Assembly: GCF_030028105.1 (NCBI RefSeq)
Contig: NC_092381.1
Coordinates: forward strand, 86,000,958 to 86,064,957
Reading direction: 5' to 3'
Origin: Mobula birostris
Taxonomy: Eukaryota
Length of the DNA: 64,000 nt
Shown: in pieces, positions 26,221-37,571 of the stretch
Layout: the number at the start of each line of letters is the position of its first letter
How positions within the stretch are numbered: position 1 is the first letter of the stretch
The notes under the pieces: generated by a model
Told to the model about the DNA's origin: nothing
Database searches by the model: none
Seen by the model: the letters and a program-made list of their open reading frames with translations, nothing else
Program-made: the position numbers and the translations under genes

Positions 26221-27549
26221 AGGTTCCAGCATCAATCGTGATGGAGAACTAATGGTCACAGTCTTCCAACCAGGACAACAGAATTCCACTTCTCCTGTGA
26301 CCAGAGGCAAGTTAATTCCAAATCCAAACTTGTAATTCACCCTCAATCCCAAACTATCATGAGCAAACTTGAAAAAATTCTGAAAATTAAACTCAATACC
26401 AACAAAATGTAGGGAGTTCCAGTAATCAACTGTTAGCTTTTGTAATTATATCTTCATATTAAAATTCCTGTAAATGGAGACATCTTTGAAGTCAATTACT
26501 TTTTGGCAATCCTCAATTTAGAGTAAGCCAACAGATGATCAATTTATGAATTCTTAAACTCAAAGCCACAAGGGGCAGTTGGGAAACAGAGGAATTGAAT
26601 TTTGAAGTGACACCTTTATCACACAGTTCTTCAATCTTTACAAACCTGTTTAGTATAACAGAAGTTTACTGTACAGGAACGCACCACTTGGCCTACAATT
26701 TAAAGACGCTACTCAGATAACATAGATTTAAAACAATGTAGCAAATGGTTCACGAATCTTGTGCTATCATATGCAATTATAGCATTGAGATCACTTAGCA
26801 CTCTTTAACATATTAGAATAACCTGCCAAAAGCATTGCAAATGCAGGTTCCGCACACACAATAGCAGTGAATCCAAACAACACCATTGCCATGGAATCAA
26901 TTTTGCTTGCAGCCACAGATGCCACACCTTAGCAATGAATCCACAACTGAAGTACATACCTGCAGTTGTGAAGAACTTGTGTACTGTGCTTTTATAATGA
27001 AGACCAAATTGGAATAAAATTAATTTCTCAAATGAAACCAAGAAAACCAAGAAATAAAAAACAAAAATCACAGAAGATTAGCCAAGTTTCCAACTACCAG
27101 GTAAGCAGGTGCACTACACTATGCACCAAGAGCACTCATTTTCACCTGCAAGGTATTTCAGTATTCTGTTTTCAGCATGAAATGCTAAGCAATGCATTTC
27201 TCAATGCTCTGTTACCATTCTGTGCTCCCCCCTGTATTTCCGATTCAACCTTGAAGTATTGGTGATGAATACAAGCTGTGTGAGAAAATGTACAGAATGA
27301 TTCTGTTGTTTTGCAACCACTTTAAGATTTTACTTTTCATATTTGATGTTGTTGCACTAGAAATTTCAACCAATGAGTACAGTAAATTTAGGCTAGAGAT
27401 TGCATCCAAAGTGACCCCAAGGTTGCCAGTTTTGATAAGGTAGGCTCTGGGGATGTGATCATGTATTTTTATGCCCCCTAGTGTAAACACTTAAAAAACT
27501 CTGAACTCCAAACCTGCTTGATTTCTTTACAACTGATAAATAAAGGAAT

Positions 27550-28750
27550 TTATTTTGCAAACAGCAGTGTCAGAGCGATGCAAACACAGAAACAGGCCCT
27601 TCAGCCCATCACATCCATATGTTTATGAATGCTAATGCCATTTACCTGCATGACGACCATATCCATTTATGCCTTGCCTGTTTAAGTGCATTTCCAAGTG
27701 CCTCTTCAATAGATATTGTACCTGGCTTCTTTGTGCAGCATTATCCAGCTTTCTACCACTAAAAACATACCTCCCAGACCCCCTTAAACCCACCCCCCCC
27801 AAAAAAAAAATTGCCTCATTTTTGACACCCCTATACCATGAGGAAAAGATTCTGATCTACACTTCAGCCTTACATATATGTTGGGACAGCTCTTAGCACC
27901 TATCACTCCAGCGAAACAGAGCAAGCCTCTTCAATGCAACAGAGAACAAACTACTTGACCCACGGAATTTATCCAGCAACATTTTTAGCTCCAGATTCCA
28001 GCATCTGCAATCTCTTGGGTCCCTGTCTATCCAGTCTCTTCTATTCAGCCCCTTCCAGGTTTGGGAGTGTTCTGGCATTCGTAGAAATTAGGGGTGACAA
28101 TTTGTTTATAACCCAACAAAGTCATTTCGGTAGCAGTTTTAGATTGAAAAATAAATTAGAGTCCCTTTGTACATGATTACATTCGGCATTACACCCTTCA
28201 AATGACAGCAGGGCTTATCCCTCTGATCCGAAGTTCATTCAAAAGTGCCAAAGCATGCATGATTGCAAGTTTGACAACTGATTTGCCCAGGATTAATTTC
28301 TAAACTCTTGTGCTGAGGCATGTTGCAACTAAACTACCATATACAGTAGATAAAGTATTATGCCATTTGATCCATTATGTCTGCTCCAGAATTCAATCAA
28401 GGCTGATTTCCTTCAACCCTAATTCTCCTACTTTCACTCAGTAATCTTCAACTCCCTTAATGATTGAGAACCCATCAATCCTGCTCTAAATACATCCAAC
28501 TTCCACATAGCCATCTGGCAACAAATTCAGTTGCTTTGCCACCTTCTGACTAAAGAAGTAACTCACTTCAGTTTTAAAGGGATGATCATTTTCTTTCTCT
28601 TGAGGATGTGCCCTCAGATCCTGGACACTCCAATTAACGGAAAATATTTTTCTACATCCAGTATCCAAGCCTTGCAGTATTCAGTAGGTTTCAAGGGATA
28701 CCCACCCCCCAAAAAAACTAATTTTCATGCCATCAAGTGAAGTGCCAGCT
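27550..28750 (-). mobile_element. Cluster of short decayed CR1 3' ends and a PLE tail fragment
   Basis: CR1 3'-UTR motifs (GGCCCTTCAGCCCA, CCATTTGATCCATT) at about 27590 and 28370; a PLE tail-like CCAGCATCTGC at about 27995. Confidence 0.45.
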
Positions 28751-29074
28751 TAAGATACTTAAAATGGCTTAATAGCTTGTTCATAATTATTGTGCTGGCT
28801 CACTAATAGATAATCAGCGACTCAGGCTATGTATTAGGCAGCAACACGCATTTCTGTAAGCTTAAAATAAGAGACTATTCAAGAGTTTAAAGGGGAGTGG
28901 ACAGAGTTGAGTGAAGTTGCAACATGTTCAAATTGAGATCATAGTCAAGGTAACATTTTATCTGAAGAGGATAAATTTGATTCACTTGCATCATTTTTAT
29001 CTGTTTCTACTGCTGCATATTAAGTACCAGTTATGAGTTTGGCATAGTTCCTTCCTTTAGCTTCCCAAGGAACA

Positions 29075-32000
29075 GGAGACACGTTCCCAGGAAGGAGACG
29101 TGGCTGTGGTCTCCCCTCGATGGGAGTTCGGTGAGACCCTCTCTCACTACTCCCCCTCTGTGATCTCCGCCTCTCTCCGACTCTTCGACCAGATCCTCAC
29201 CCAGACCCGCTACCACAGCCACGTCTCCTTCCTGGGAACGTGTCTCCGCCGCCATCTTGTACCGCAGGGATTCCAGCTCTGGTTCCAGGCCTCCCAGTTC
29301 GGGTCCAGCGAGGATCCCAGGTACCTCCATTTCATTGACTGCTACTCCCACCGGATTCTCTGCGCCATGCTCACTGCCATGCGAAGATACCTAAGGGCCC
29401 TGTCCCTCTCTCTGCCACCACTCCGGGCCTCAGTCTCCACCGTCTGCCATGGACCTCTCCTACACTTCATTCTCCGCCAGATTCATGCCTCCAACCGCCG
29501 TTTCTTCTCCTTCCTCACGTCCAGGAAGGACCACAAGCTCGCCCGCCTGGAGCCCACGACGACAACCGGATCCAGCCCGGACCCCGACCCCTCTGACCTC
29601 GACTTCTCAGGCCTTTGGCAGGCCGAAGACCCATCCGCCTCTGACTCTGACCCCGACTGGAACTACGGCCTCCCGGACATGGGCACCAGCCCCCAGCGAG
29701 CCATGAACTCACTCGCTTCCGACTCCGACCTCAGTTCTGGGGCCCCGCAGGCTCCACCACCCCCAGTTCCGGATCCAGCTCAGACTGAGGTCCCGACCCT
29801 CTTCGGACCATGACCGCTCTTACTGCCGCTGGGTCCTACCGCCTGTCTGATTCTCCCACTACCCTCTTTCCTCTTCACGACTCCCAAACTTCCCTCTACC
29901 CCTCATCACCCCTCCATTCCTCTGATCCCTCATCCACCCCAACCCCGCTTTCCCTGAATATCCCAACCCCCCCCCCCTGAGACCTCCCACTCTTCATCCT
30001 CCTCTGACCCCAGCCCCAACTCTTGCTGTGTCTTCACCATTCCCTCCAACCTTTCCCCCTCTGAGGCAGAATGTTCTGCCCTTAGCAAGGGCCTCACTTT
30101 TGTCCCTTCCTGTCCGCACCTCAGTGAGTTCCGTGCCTGCTACGACGCTGAACTCTTCTTCCGCCGCCTATGTTTCCGAGCCTACTTCTTTGGCAAGGAT
30201 TCCCCTCCCCCTACTGATGACCACTTCTCCCATCTTCAACCCTCCTCCTCCTCCTCCTGGACACCCCGCCTGGGCCTTCTACCTGCACTCGATCTTTTCA
30301 TCTCCAACTGTCGCCGAGACATCAACTGTCTCAGCTTCACCACTCCTCTCTCCTGTTCCAACCTCACTCCCTCTGAACCCACTGCCCTCCACTCTCTCCG
30401 CACTAATCCCAACCTCACCGTCAAACCTGCAGACAAAGGTGGTGCTGTAGTAGTCTGGCAGACAGAGCTCTACCTTACTGAGGCCAAACGGCAGCTCTCC
30501 GACACCTCCTCTTACCTACCCCTGGAGTAGGACCCCACCAAAAAAACATCAAACCATTGTCTCCTGTACCATCACTGCCCTTATCAACTCCAAAGACCTT
30601 CCATCCTCAGCCACCAAACTCATAATTCCCACACCCCGTACAGCTCGGTTTTACTTCCTGCCTAAGACCACAAGCCTTGACTGTCCCAGTAGACTCATAG
30701 TTTCTGCCTGCTCCTGTCCCACCGAACTTGTATCTGTCTACCTGGACTCCATTTTGTCACTCATAGTTCAGTCCCTCCCCACCTACATCCGGGATACATC
30801 CCATGCCCTCCACCTCTTCAATAACTTCCAGTTCCCCAGTCCTGACCGCTTCATTTTCACTATGGATGTCCAATCATTATACACCTCCATTCCCTATCAT
30901 GAAGACCTCAAAGTCCTCCACTACTTTTTGGATAATAAACCTCACCAGTTCCCCACCACCACTACCTTCCTCCGGTTGGCGGAACTGGTTCTCACACTCA
31001 ATAACTTCTCTTTTGGCTCTTCCCACTTTCTTCAGACCAAGGGTGTAGCTATGGGCACTCGCATGGACCCCAGCTACGACTGCCTCTTCGTTGGTTATGT
31101 GGAACAGTCTGTGCTCCAAACCTATTCTGGTACTGCTCCCCCAACTTTTCCTTCGCTACATTGATGACTACATTGGTGTTGCTTCCTGCACCCATGCTGA
31201 GCTTGTCAATTTCATCAACTTTACTTCAAACTTCCACCTAGCCCTCAAATTCACTTGGTTTATCTCAGACACTACTCTCTTCTTTCCCGATCTCTTAGTC
31301 TCCATCTCTGGAGACAGACTGTCCACTGACATCTTCTACGAGCCCACTGACTCTCATAACTACCTCGACTATACCTCTTCCCACCCCGCCACATGCAAAA
31401 ATGCCATTCCCTATTCCCAGTTCCTCCGCCTCATCTGCTCCCAGGATGAGGCTTTCCGTTCCAGGACATCTCAAATATCCTCTTTTTTAAGGATCGTGGT
31501 TTCCCTTCTGCCGTCATCAATGATGCCCTCACCTGCATCTCCTCCATTTCCCGCACTTCAGCCCTCACCCCATCCTCCCGCCACTACAGGGACAGAGTTC
31601 TCCTTGTCCTCACCTATGACTCCACCAGTCTCCGGATCCAGCATATCGTCCTCAGCAACTTCCGCCACCTTCAACAGGACCCCACCAGAAAGCACATCTT
31701 TCCCTCTCCACCCCTCTCCGCTTTCCGCAGGGATTGGTCCCTCCCCACGGATCTCCCACCCGGCACTTATCCCTGTAAGTGCTACACCTGTTCCTACACC
31801 TCCTCTCTTGCCACCATTCAGGGCCCCAAACAGTCCTTCCAGGTGAGGCAACACTTCACTTGAGTCAGTTGGGGTCATCTATTGCATCCGGTGCTCCCGG
31901 TGTGGCCTCCTCTACATCGGTGAAACCCGACACAGATTGGGGGACCGCTTTGTCGAGCACCTCCGCTCCGTCCGCCACAACAGACAGGATCTCCCAGTTG

Positions 32001-32545
32001 CCACCCACTTCAACTCTGCTTCCCACTCCCATTTGGATATGTCCATACATGGCCTCCTCTACTGCCATGATGACACTAAACTCAGGTTGAGGAGCAACAC
32101 CTCATATACTGTCTGGGTAGTCCCCAGCCCCTTGGTATGAACACTGAATTCTCCAGCTTCAGGTAATTCCCTCCCTCTCCCTTCCCCTATCCTTATGTCA
32201 CTCTGCCCCTCCCCCAGCTGCCTATCACCTCCCTCATGGTTCCGCCTCCTTCTACTACCCATTGTGTTTTCCCCTATTCCTTCTTCACCTTTCCTGCCTA
32301 TCACCTCCCTGCTTCCCCTCCCCCACCCCTTTATCTTTTCCTTTTCACCTGGAACCTACCAGCCTTCTCCCTCCCACCCTCCCCCCACCTCCCTTATAGG
32401 GCCTCTGCCCCTTCCCTCTTCAGTCCTGACGAAGGGTTCCGGACCAAAACGTTGACTGATCGTTTCCACGGATGCTGCCCTACCTGCTGAGTTCCTCCAG
32501 CGTGTTGTGAGTCTTGCTTTGACCCCAGCATCTGCTGAGTATTTT
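29075..32545 (+). mobile_element. Near-full-length Penelope-like retroelement (RT plus GIY-YIG endonuclease), pseudogenised
   Basis: N-terminal ORF 29111-29813; LSKGLTF (~30080); KPADKGGAVVVW (~30420); RT motifs FTMDVQSLYTSIP, QTKGVAMGT and RYIDD; GIY-YIG region GVIYCIRCSRCGLLYIGET..LGDRFVEHLRSV (~31870-32000); degenerate hammerhead at 32421-32458. Several stops and frameshifts. Confidence 0.9.
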
Positions 32546-33539
32546 GTATAATCAACAACTGTTGTCGCCAGCACATTTGAAGCAACAGAAAACATATGCT
32601 GGTCTTGATGGCCACAAGCATTTCCAGTGTGCAAGTTAGATGCCAAGCTTTACAAACCTGCCCAGTCTGTTCAGTCATCTGTGTTTGCTCCTGTCCATCA
32701 GCTTTATGTGCCACATCAATGCTGAGTTCATAAAATTGTTGTAATACCTTCTATCTTCCTGGAGTTTGACATTCCAGTTCACACTACCTATTCCTCACAT
32801 GGTGGGGAAAACATTCAACTATTATGATCACTACAGCTTACTCCATAATCCCTTTTTACAAGCAATGAGATTTGAGAAGACCTTGAAGAGATTTTGAAAT
32901 GCATTCACTCTCTTGGCATTTTCTGTTAATCCAGGGTGTTTTGTAATAGGAAACATCAAAATTCTTCCTTTCAAATAGTGTAAATAACAGTTGTAATTAA
33001 ATCATATGGTTATTGAACAAAGAAAAATGAAGTAAAATCTGATCAAACTTATCAGAATGGTAATAACGATAATGCTTAAATTGAGACTGCTTTTCCCGTG
33101 CACTCCCTTGTTGTATTGATGTGATGAAATGATATGAATGAATGTCATATGCAAGACAGGCATTAATTGTACCTCTGTACATGTGACAGTAAAAAGTTAC
33201 TATTGCATCAATTGGGAAAGCAGTAGACAAGTGTTACGCAATATTAACAAAACTTGCCCTTCAAGCAGATTGTCCCTTTCAATTCCCGAAATTCTGCTTT
33301 AGAAAATAGTTCTAAAAATAACTATTTAAGAATGGAAGCAAATGGTAGGAGTGCAATTGACATTTCATTGGTATAATTAAGCCCATGAAGACATCATGCT
33401 TTACAGTCTAATAAGCCATTAAATGTACCTGGAAGCAAAACACTCCCAGAACTCCCATAATATGAACAAAAGTCAGTCACAGTCTTGATGTACATGAGCA
33501 TTTTGACCAAGACCTCTGGAAATAAATGTCAATCCATAA

Positions 33540-34400
33540 GCTCAAGAGGTTCTGCAGGTGCTGGAGGAGCTCAGCAGGGCAGCGTCTCTGGAGATCAATA
33601 AATAGTCGATGTTTCAGGTAGAGACCCAACAAAGGAAAGGATCAGAAACCAATAGCAGGTGGGGTAGGGGAAAAGAGTACAAGTTGGCCGAGAGTAGGTG
33701 AAGGGAAGGGTGGGTGGGTGATAAGTGGAAGTGTCGAGGGGCTGAAGGGGGAATCTAAGAGGACAGAATAGTGGCCCGTAGAAGAACGGGAAGGAGGAGG
33801 GTCTCCAGAGGAAGGTGATAGGCAAGTGAGAAGAAAAGGTGAGAGGGTAACCAGAATGGGGAATATCAAAAAAAAAGGGGGAGGGGGAAAAAACTAATGG
33901 AAGTTTGAGAATTTTGATGTTCATAACATCAGACTGGAAGTTACACAGAAAGAATGGGATGTTGCTTCTCCAATCTGAGATTGGTCTCTTTGGACTAATA
34001 TTTTTGGAATGGGGGTTCAATTGAAATGGGTAGCCACCAGGAAATACCATCTTTTGGGGTATTGACAACAGATTAGCACAGGATTAGTTGCTTGACAAAT
34101 CTATGTCAGGCCGCATTAACGCAGAGGCCACCACACGGGAGCACTGGACACAGTAGAAACACATTTGTGGGTGAAGTGTCACCTCACCTGAAAGGACTGT
34201 TTGGGGCCCCTCAATGGTGTTGAATGAATATGGGTAGGGGCAGGTTTAGCACTTGTTCAATTTGCAGGAGTTAATGTCTGGGGGTGGGGGGGGGGGAAGA
34301 GATGAGTGGACAAGAGAGTCATGTAGAGAGCGATCTCTATGGAGAAATGGAGAGTGGAGGGGAGGGAAAGATGTGCTTGATGGAAGGATATAACCATCTC
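33540..34400 (-). mobile_element. Penelope-like element 3' fragment
   Basis: Reverse complement of the GIY-YIG region and pyrimidine-rich 3' region; decayed hammerhead remnant near 33610-33645. Confidence 0.7.
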
Positions 34401-34423
34401 AATGTTTAGACTCATTTACTAAA

Positions 34424-34615
34424 TGCTGGTGGTGTAGTGGCATCAGCACTGTACTTCAAGGTGAGAAGTTCAGGGTTTGAATCTGGCCGGCTCCTTGCAT
34501 TTTCCATCCATGCTGTGCTAAATGTCGAGCTAGCAACTCTGCCTCACAAAAAAAAGACAAAATGCTCAAGAAATGGCAAGGTTGCTGCCCGATCCGCCAC
34601 AAGGTGTGGGGAGCA
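34424..34615 (+). mobile_element. tRNA-derived SINE
   Basis: Box A-like TGGTGTAGTGG at about 34430 and box B-like GTTTGAATC at about 34475, followed by an unrelated body. Confidence 0.6.
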
Positions 34616-34883
34616 GTGACTATTTACTGAGTAGGGCTGCAGGATTTTGTTCCAGTTCAGAATTTTAAACAGCTGGCTTCTGCTTGCAGAGCACAATCCT
34701 CACAAAGGACACAAAATTTTAAACAAGACTATATTACAGCCCAGATCATGTTGTTATTGAAGCAGAAAGTGCAAAGTCTTGATGTTAGGTGGTCAGTTGG
34801 CGAGTATGATCAATGATACCGTTGGATAGAATACCTACAGTAGACTTAATAACACTTTCCAGATATTGATACTTTTTCTGCAT

Positions 34884-34912
34884 ACTCACCATTTTCTGTA
34901 TTTGTATTTCAG
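34884..34912 (+). promoter_or_regulatory. Branch point, pyrimidine tract and 3' splice acceptor of the APOBEC4 coding exon
   Basis: TACTCAC...TTTTCTGTATTTGTATTTCAG| with AG at 34911-34912, 116 nt upstream of the ATG. Fits the known non-coding exon 1 plus single coding exon 2 layout of mammalian APOBEC4. Confidence 0.6.
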
Positions 34913-35028
34913 AATTCCATTATATTCTTTTTACACCACCATGTGCACCATTTTAAACTATTGTTAAAAGAAGGTGTGGCATATGGCAAAGAATTCCTTT
35001 CCGATGGAAATAAGGTGAACCATCCACC

Positions 35029-36141
35029 ATGGCTTCGACTCATGAGGAATATACTGCTCCTCAGGGAACGCTGGTGAAGCCCTACTACTGGCTTCACTTC
35101 ACTGAAAACTGTTTGAAGTGCCCATATCACATCAAAACAGGAGAAGAAGCACGTGTGTCATACATGGAATTCTATGAATCATTTGGATTTCCTTATGCTC
35201 AGCCACAGGGTGGGAGTCATCTGCTTTTTTATGAACTGAAGTTATCATCAGGTACCTTAGTGCAAAAAGGACAAGTATCCAGTTGTACTTTACACCAGCT
35301 GCATCCAGAATCAATGTTCTTCGATACCGATGGTTATCTGGATGCACTCATGTATTCATATGAAAACATTGCTTATATTACCATATATTCTAATTACACC
35401 CCATGCAATGAAAGAGCCCAATATTGCATAAGCAAAATGTATGATTTTTTAATAAATTATCCAAGCACGAGATTAGACATCTATTTTTCTGCACTTTATC
35501 ATACTGACGATTCCAACATTGAATCAGGATGGAACAAGAAAGCTCTCCATTACTTAGCAGCATTCTGGCCTAGGGTAACCATCAACCCAATCAGTAATTG
35601 GACATGGCTGAATATTCTTCACCGATTTGTGAATGGGGTGCCTTGGACAGTACTTTATAAACCAGTTTTACCCGAGAGAGCCCATGCTGATCTCATCAAT
35701 GCCCATCAGATTGCTACCATCACTGGTGTGAACCCTTCCTACATTGATATCATACCTCAGAAACCAGTTCAGGTCACACCACGTATGCAGCAACATTTTA
35801 ATCCAGAAGGCGTGAACGTATACAAGTCTTCACAAACATCACTTCCCACTATAAACAAAATGCCATTAATGGCTCAGTATCAGCCTTATATGAATCTTCC
35901 AAACCTACCAGCATTTCACTGGTCAATGTACCCTGTGCAACCACAGAAGACCAAGCCAAAAAATGTAGTGAGACACCTGAACATGCCCAACAAAGAGTGG
36001 GAGAAACCTACAACCCCATCACCTCACAACGTGCAAGTAACTGAAGTAGTGGAAATACTTGAAGCTCCTGCAACAAAGAAGTCAGGCAATTCAAACAGAC
36101 GGGGGAAGAGCAGCAAAAGGACTAAATCTACGAGGAAATAG
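35029..36141 (+). CDS. APOBEC4: APOBEC4 (AID/APOBEC zinc-dependent deaminase family), 370 aa, single coding exon
   Basis: Intact ORF with Kozak CCACCATGG. It resembles mammalian APOBEC4 throughout (GTLVKPYYWL, CPYHIKTGEEARVS, FYELKLSSGTLVQKG). HPE at H92/E94 and the APOBEC4-diagnostic PC-x6-C (PCNERAQYC, C126/C133); C-terminal KPKNVVRHLNMP and a basic tail. Confidence 0.96.
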   Translation: MASTHEEYTAPQGTLVKPYYWLHFTENCLKCPYHIKTGEEARVSYMEFYESFGFPYAQPQGGSHLLFYELKLSSGTLVQKGQVSSCTLHQLHPESMFFDTDGYLDALMYSYENIAYITIYSNYTPCNERAQYCISKMYDFLINYPSTRLDIYFSALYHTDDSNIESGWNKKALHYLAAFWPRVTINPISNWTWLNILHRFVNGVPWTVLYKPVLPERAHADLINAHQIATITGVNPSYIDIIPQKPVQVTPRMQQHFNPEGVNVYKSSQTSLPTINKMPLMAQYQPYMNLPNLPAFHWSMYPVQPQKTKPKNVVRHLNMPNKEWEKPTTPSPHNVQVTEVVEILEAPATKKSGNSNRRGKSSKRTKSTRK

Positions 36142-36939
36142 CAGACTTACATATATAAGAAACAAAACTGTTTGAACTGCAGAATCAGTGCCCTAGCACC
36201 GTGGTAGATGTCAGTTCAGGGCACATTTGTATAGTACTTGGAGAATCTGGCACATGAATGCTACAAATCATGCCAATGCACCCAATGTTTGCATGACCAG
36301 ATTAATATTATGTTGTAATTCAATTTCAAGTTCAACTGATGGGCAAATTCGTACTTTTTTACATGTGCACTTTGTTACTGCATCCCAAGAACTTGCAAGC
36401 AAATTTCAACTGATTTGGGAATGGATTAATGACAATTCAAAAATTATGGCTACAGCTGTTGCACAAAGAGGGACCAGGCCGCCACTCAGGCAAATATATG
36501 CCTAATCAAGGGAACTAGAAGTCCTCAGGTAGGAATGGAGACAAAGTAATAGGTAAGAGATTACTTGGTGATCAAGCCCACATTTCTGTTGGAGATTGAT
36601 AATAGCATTAATGCTTGGCAGAAACACCTTGCAGGCCACTTAAGTGGCAGAGATTTTGTTGGCTTCAGCTTGATGAGCAACAGCAGACACAAATATTCTC
36701 TATTTATCTTTCTTTCACGCAAGTGAAACAAAAGCTTTTTCCAGTGTCTTTCACAATGCCCCTTCAATTCCAAGAGACATGTTTTGTTGATACTGTATGT
36801 GCATTCAGTTGACAGCCATAACACAAGTGTGTAAACATTACAATATGCTTCAGCAAAGGTGGCTGAGTAAATCTACTGAACTGGCATCAGTGCAGGAGGC
36901 TCTGTATTCATGATAAACTGGAGATTTATTTTTGGTATA

Positions 36940-36945
36940 AATAAA
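36940..36945 (+). terminator. Possible APOBEC4 polyadenylation signal
   Basis: First AATAAA I found downstream of the stop codon (about 800 nt), but it sits in an A-rich run and could be chance. Confidence 0.25.
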
Positions 36946-37571
36946 AAAAAAATCAGTGCAGGTGTTAAACTCATTGGTACCCAAAAAAAAAAGAGGGGAA
37001 GGAGGTGTTACACTCACTCCTAATTGGCTGCAGTATCATCAAGATGCCAGGCATTATGATAAATTAATTTGCAGAAACTCAGAGGTCCTTATAGATTGTA
37101 AAGGAACTAGGGGTGTACAAATCAGTCAGAATGGAATGCGATTTTATGTTTTTAAGCTATTGTTAAAACCATTCAAATGGGAGAAAATGGCACCAGCAAA
37201 CCATGCTACCACAGGTGACACCCTCATGCTGGTCCACGAAACTGCTTTGTTCATGTCTTTTCATTCTGGTACTGTTGGGGCCTGTGATCTACAGTTTAAT
37301 GGGTTGTTTTCAGGCTGATTGAGCGATCCCGCACTTTGCTGTCTCTGAGAGGGATCTGGGAGGCGAGCAGCCTCAAAGGCCAAAAAGCCCAAGATTGACT
37401 CCATTTCTCACTGATTAAAGCGTCGAGGAGGATTGAAAATATCAAGGCGAGTGTCAAGCACCAACTACCAGTTCCTTGCTCGCTGCAGCCGAACAAGGTG
37501 GCTGCGTGTGAAGGTCTCTCTCCTTCCCCCTCTCGCTCGAAGCTCCTGAAGGAAGGTCCCTGCATTCGGAT

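Noticed and set aside
32421-32458. Hammerhead at the 3' end of the long PLE
   Set aside because: GAAA is mutated to AAAA and GUC to GUU, so it is predicted inactive; other copies (~24435, ~33620, ~50635, ~60570) are more decayed.
8403-32545. APOBEC-type G-to-A hypermutation of nearby retroelements
   Set aside because: The substitutions I could compare fit ordinary CpG decay; a strand- and context-specific test against consensus sequences would be needed and was not possible here.
34881-34900. Minus-strand donor ATG|GTGAGT overlapping the APOBEC4 branch point
   Set aside because: In-frame stop ten codons upstream and a common hexamer; explained by the plus-strand branch point.
1-35000. Core RGL1 coding exons (SSIQDWGEE onward) on the minus strand
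   Set aside because: None recognised, so the host-gene identity remains synteny-based only.
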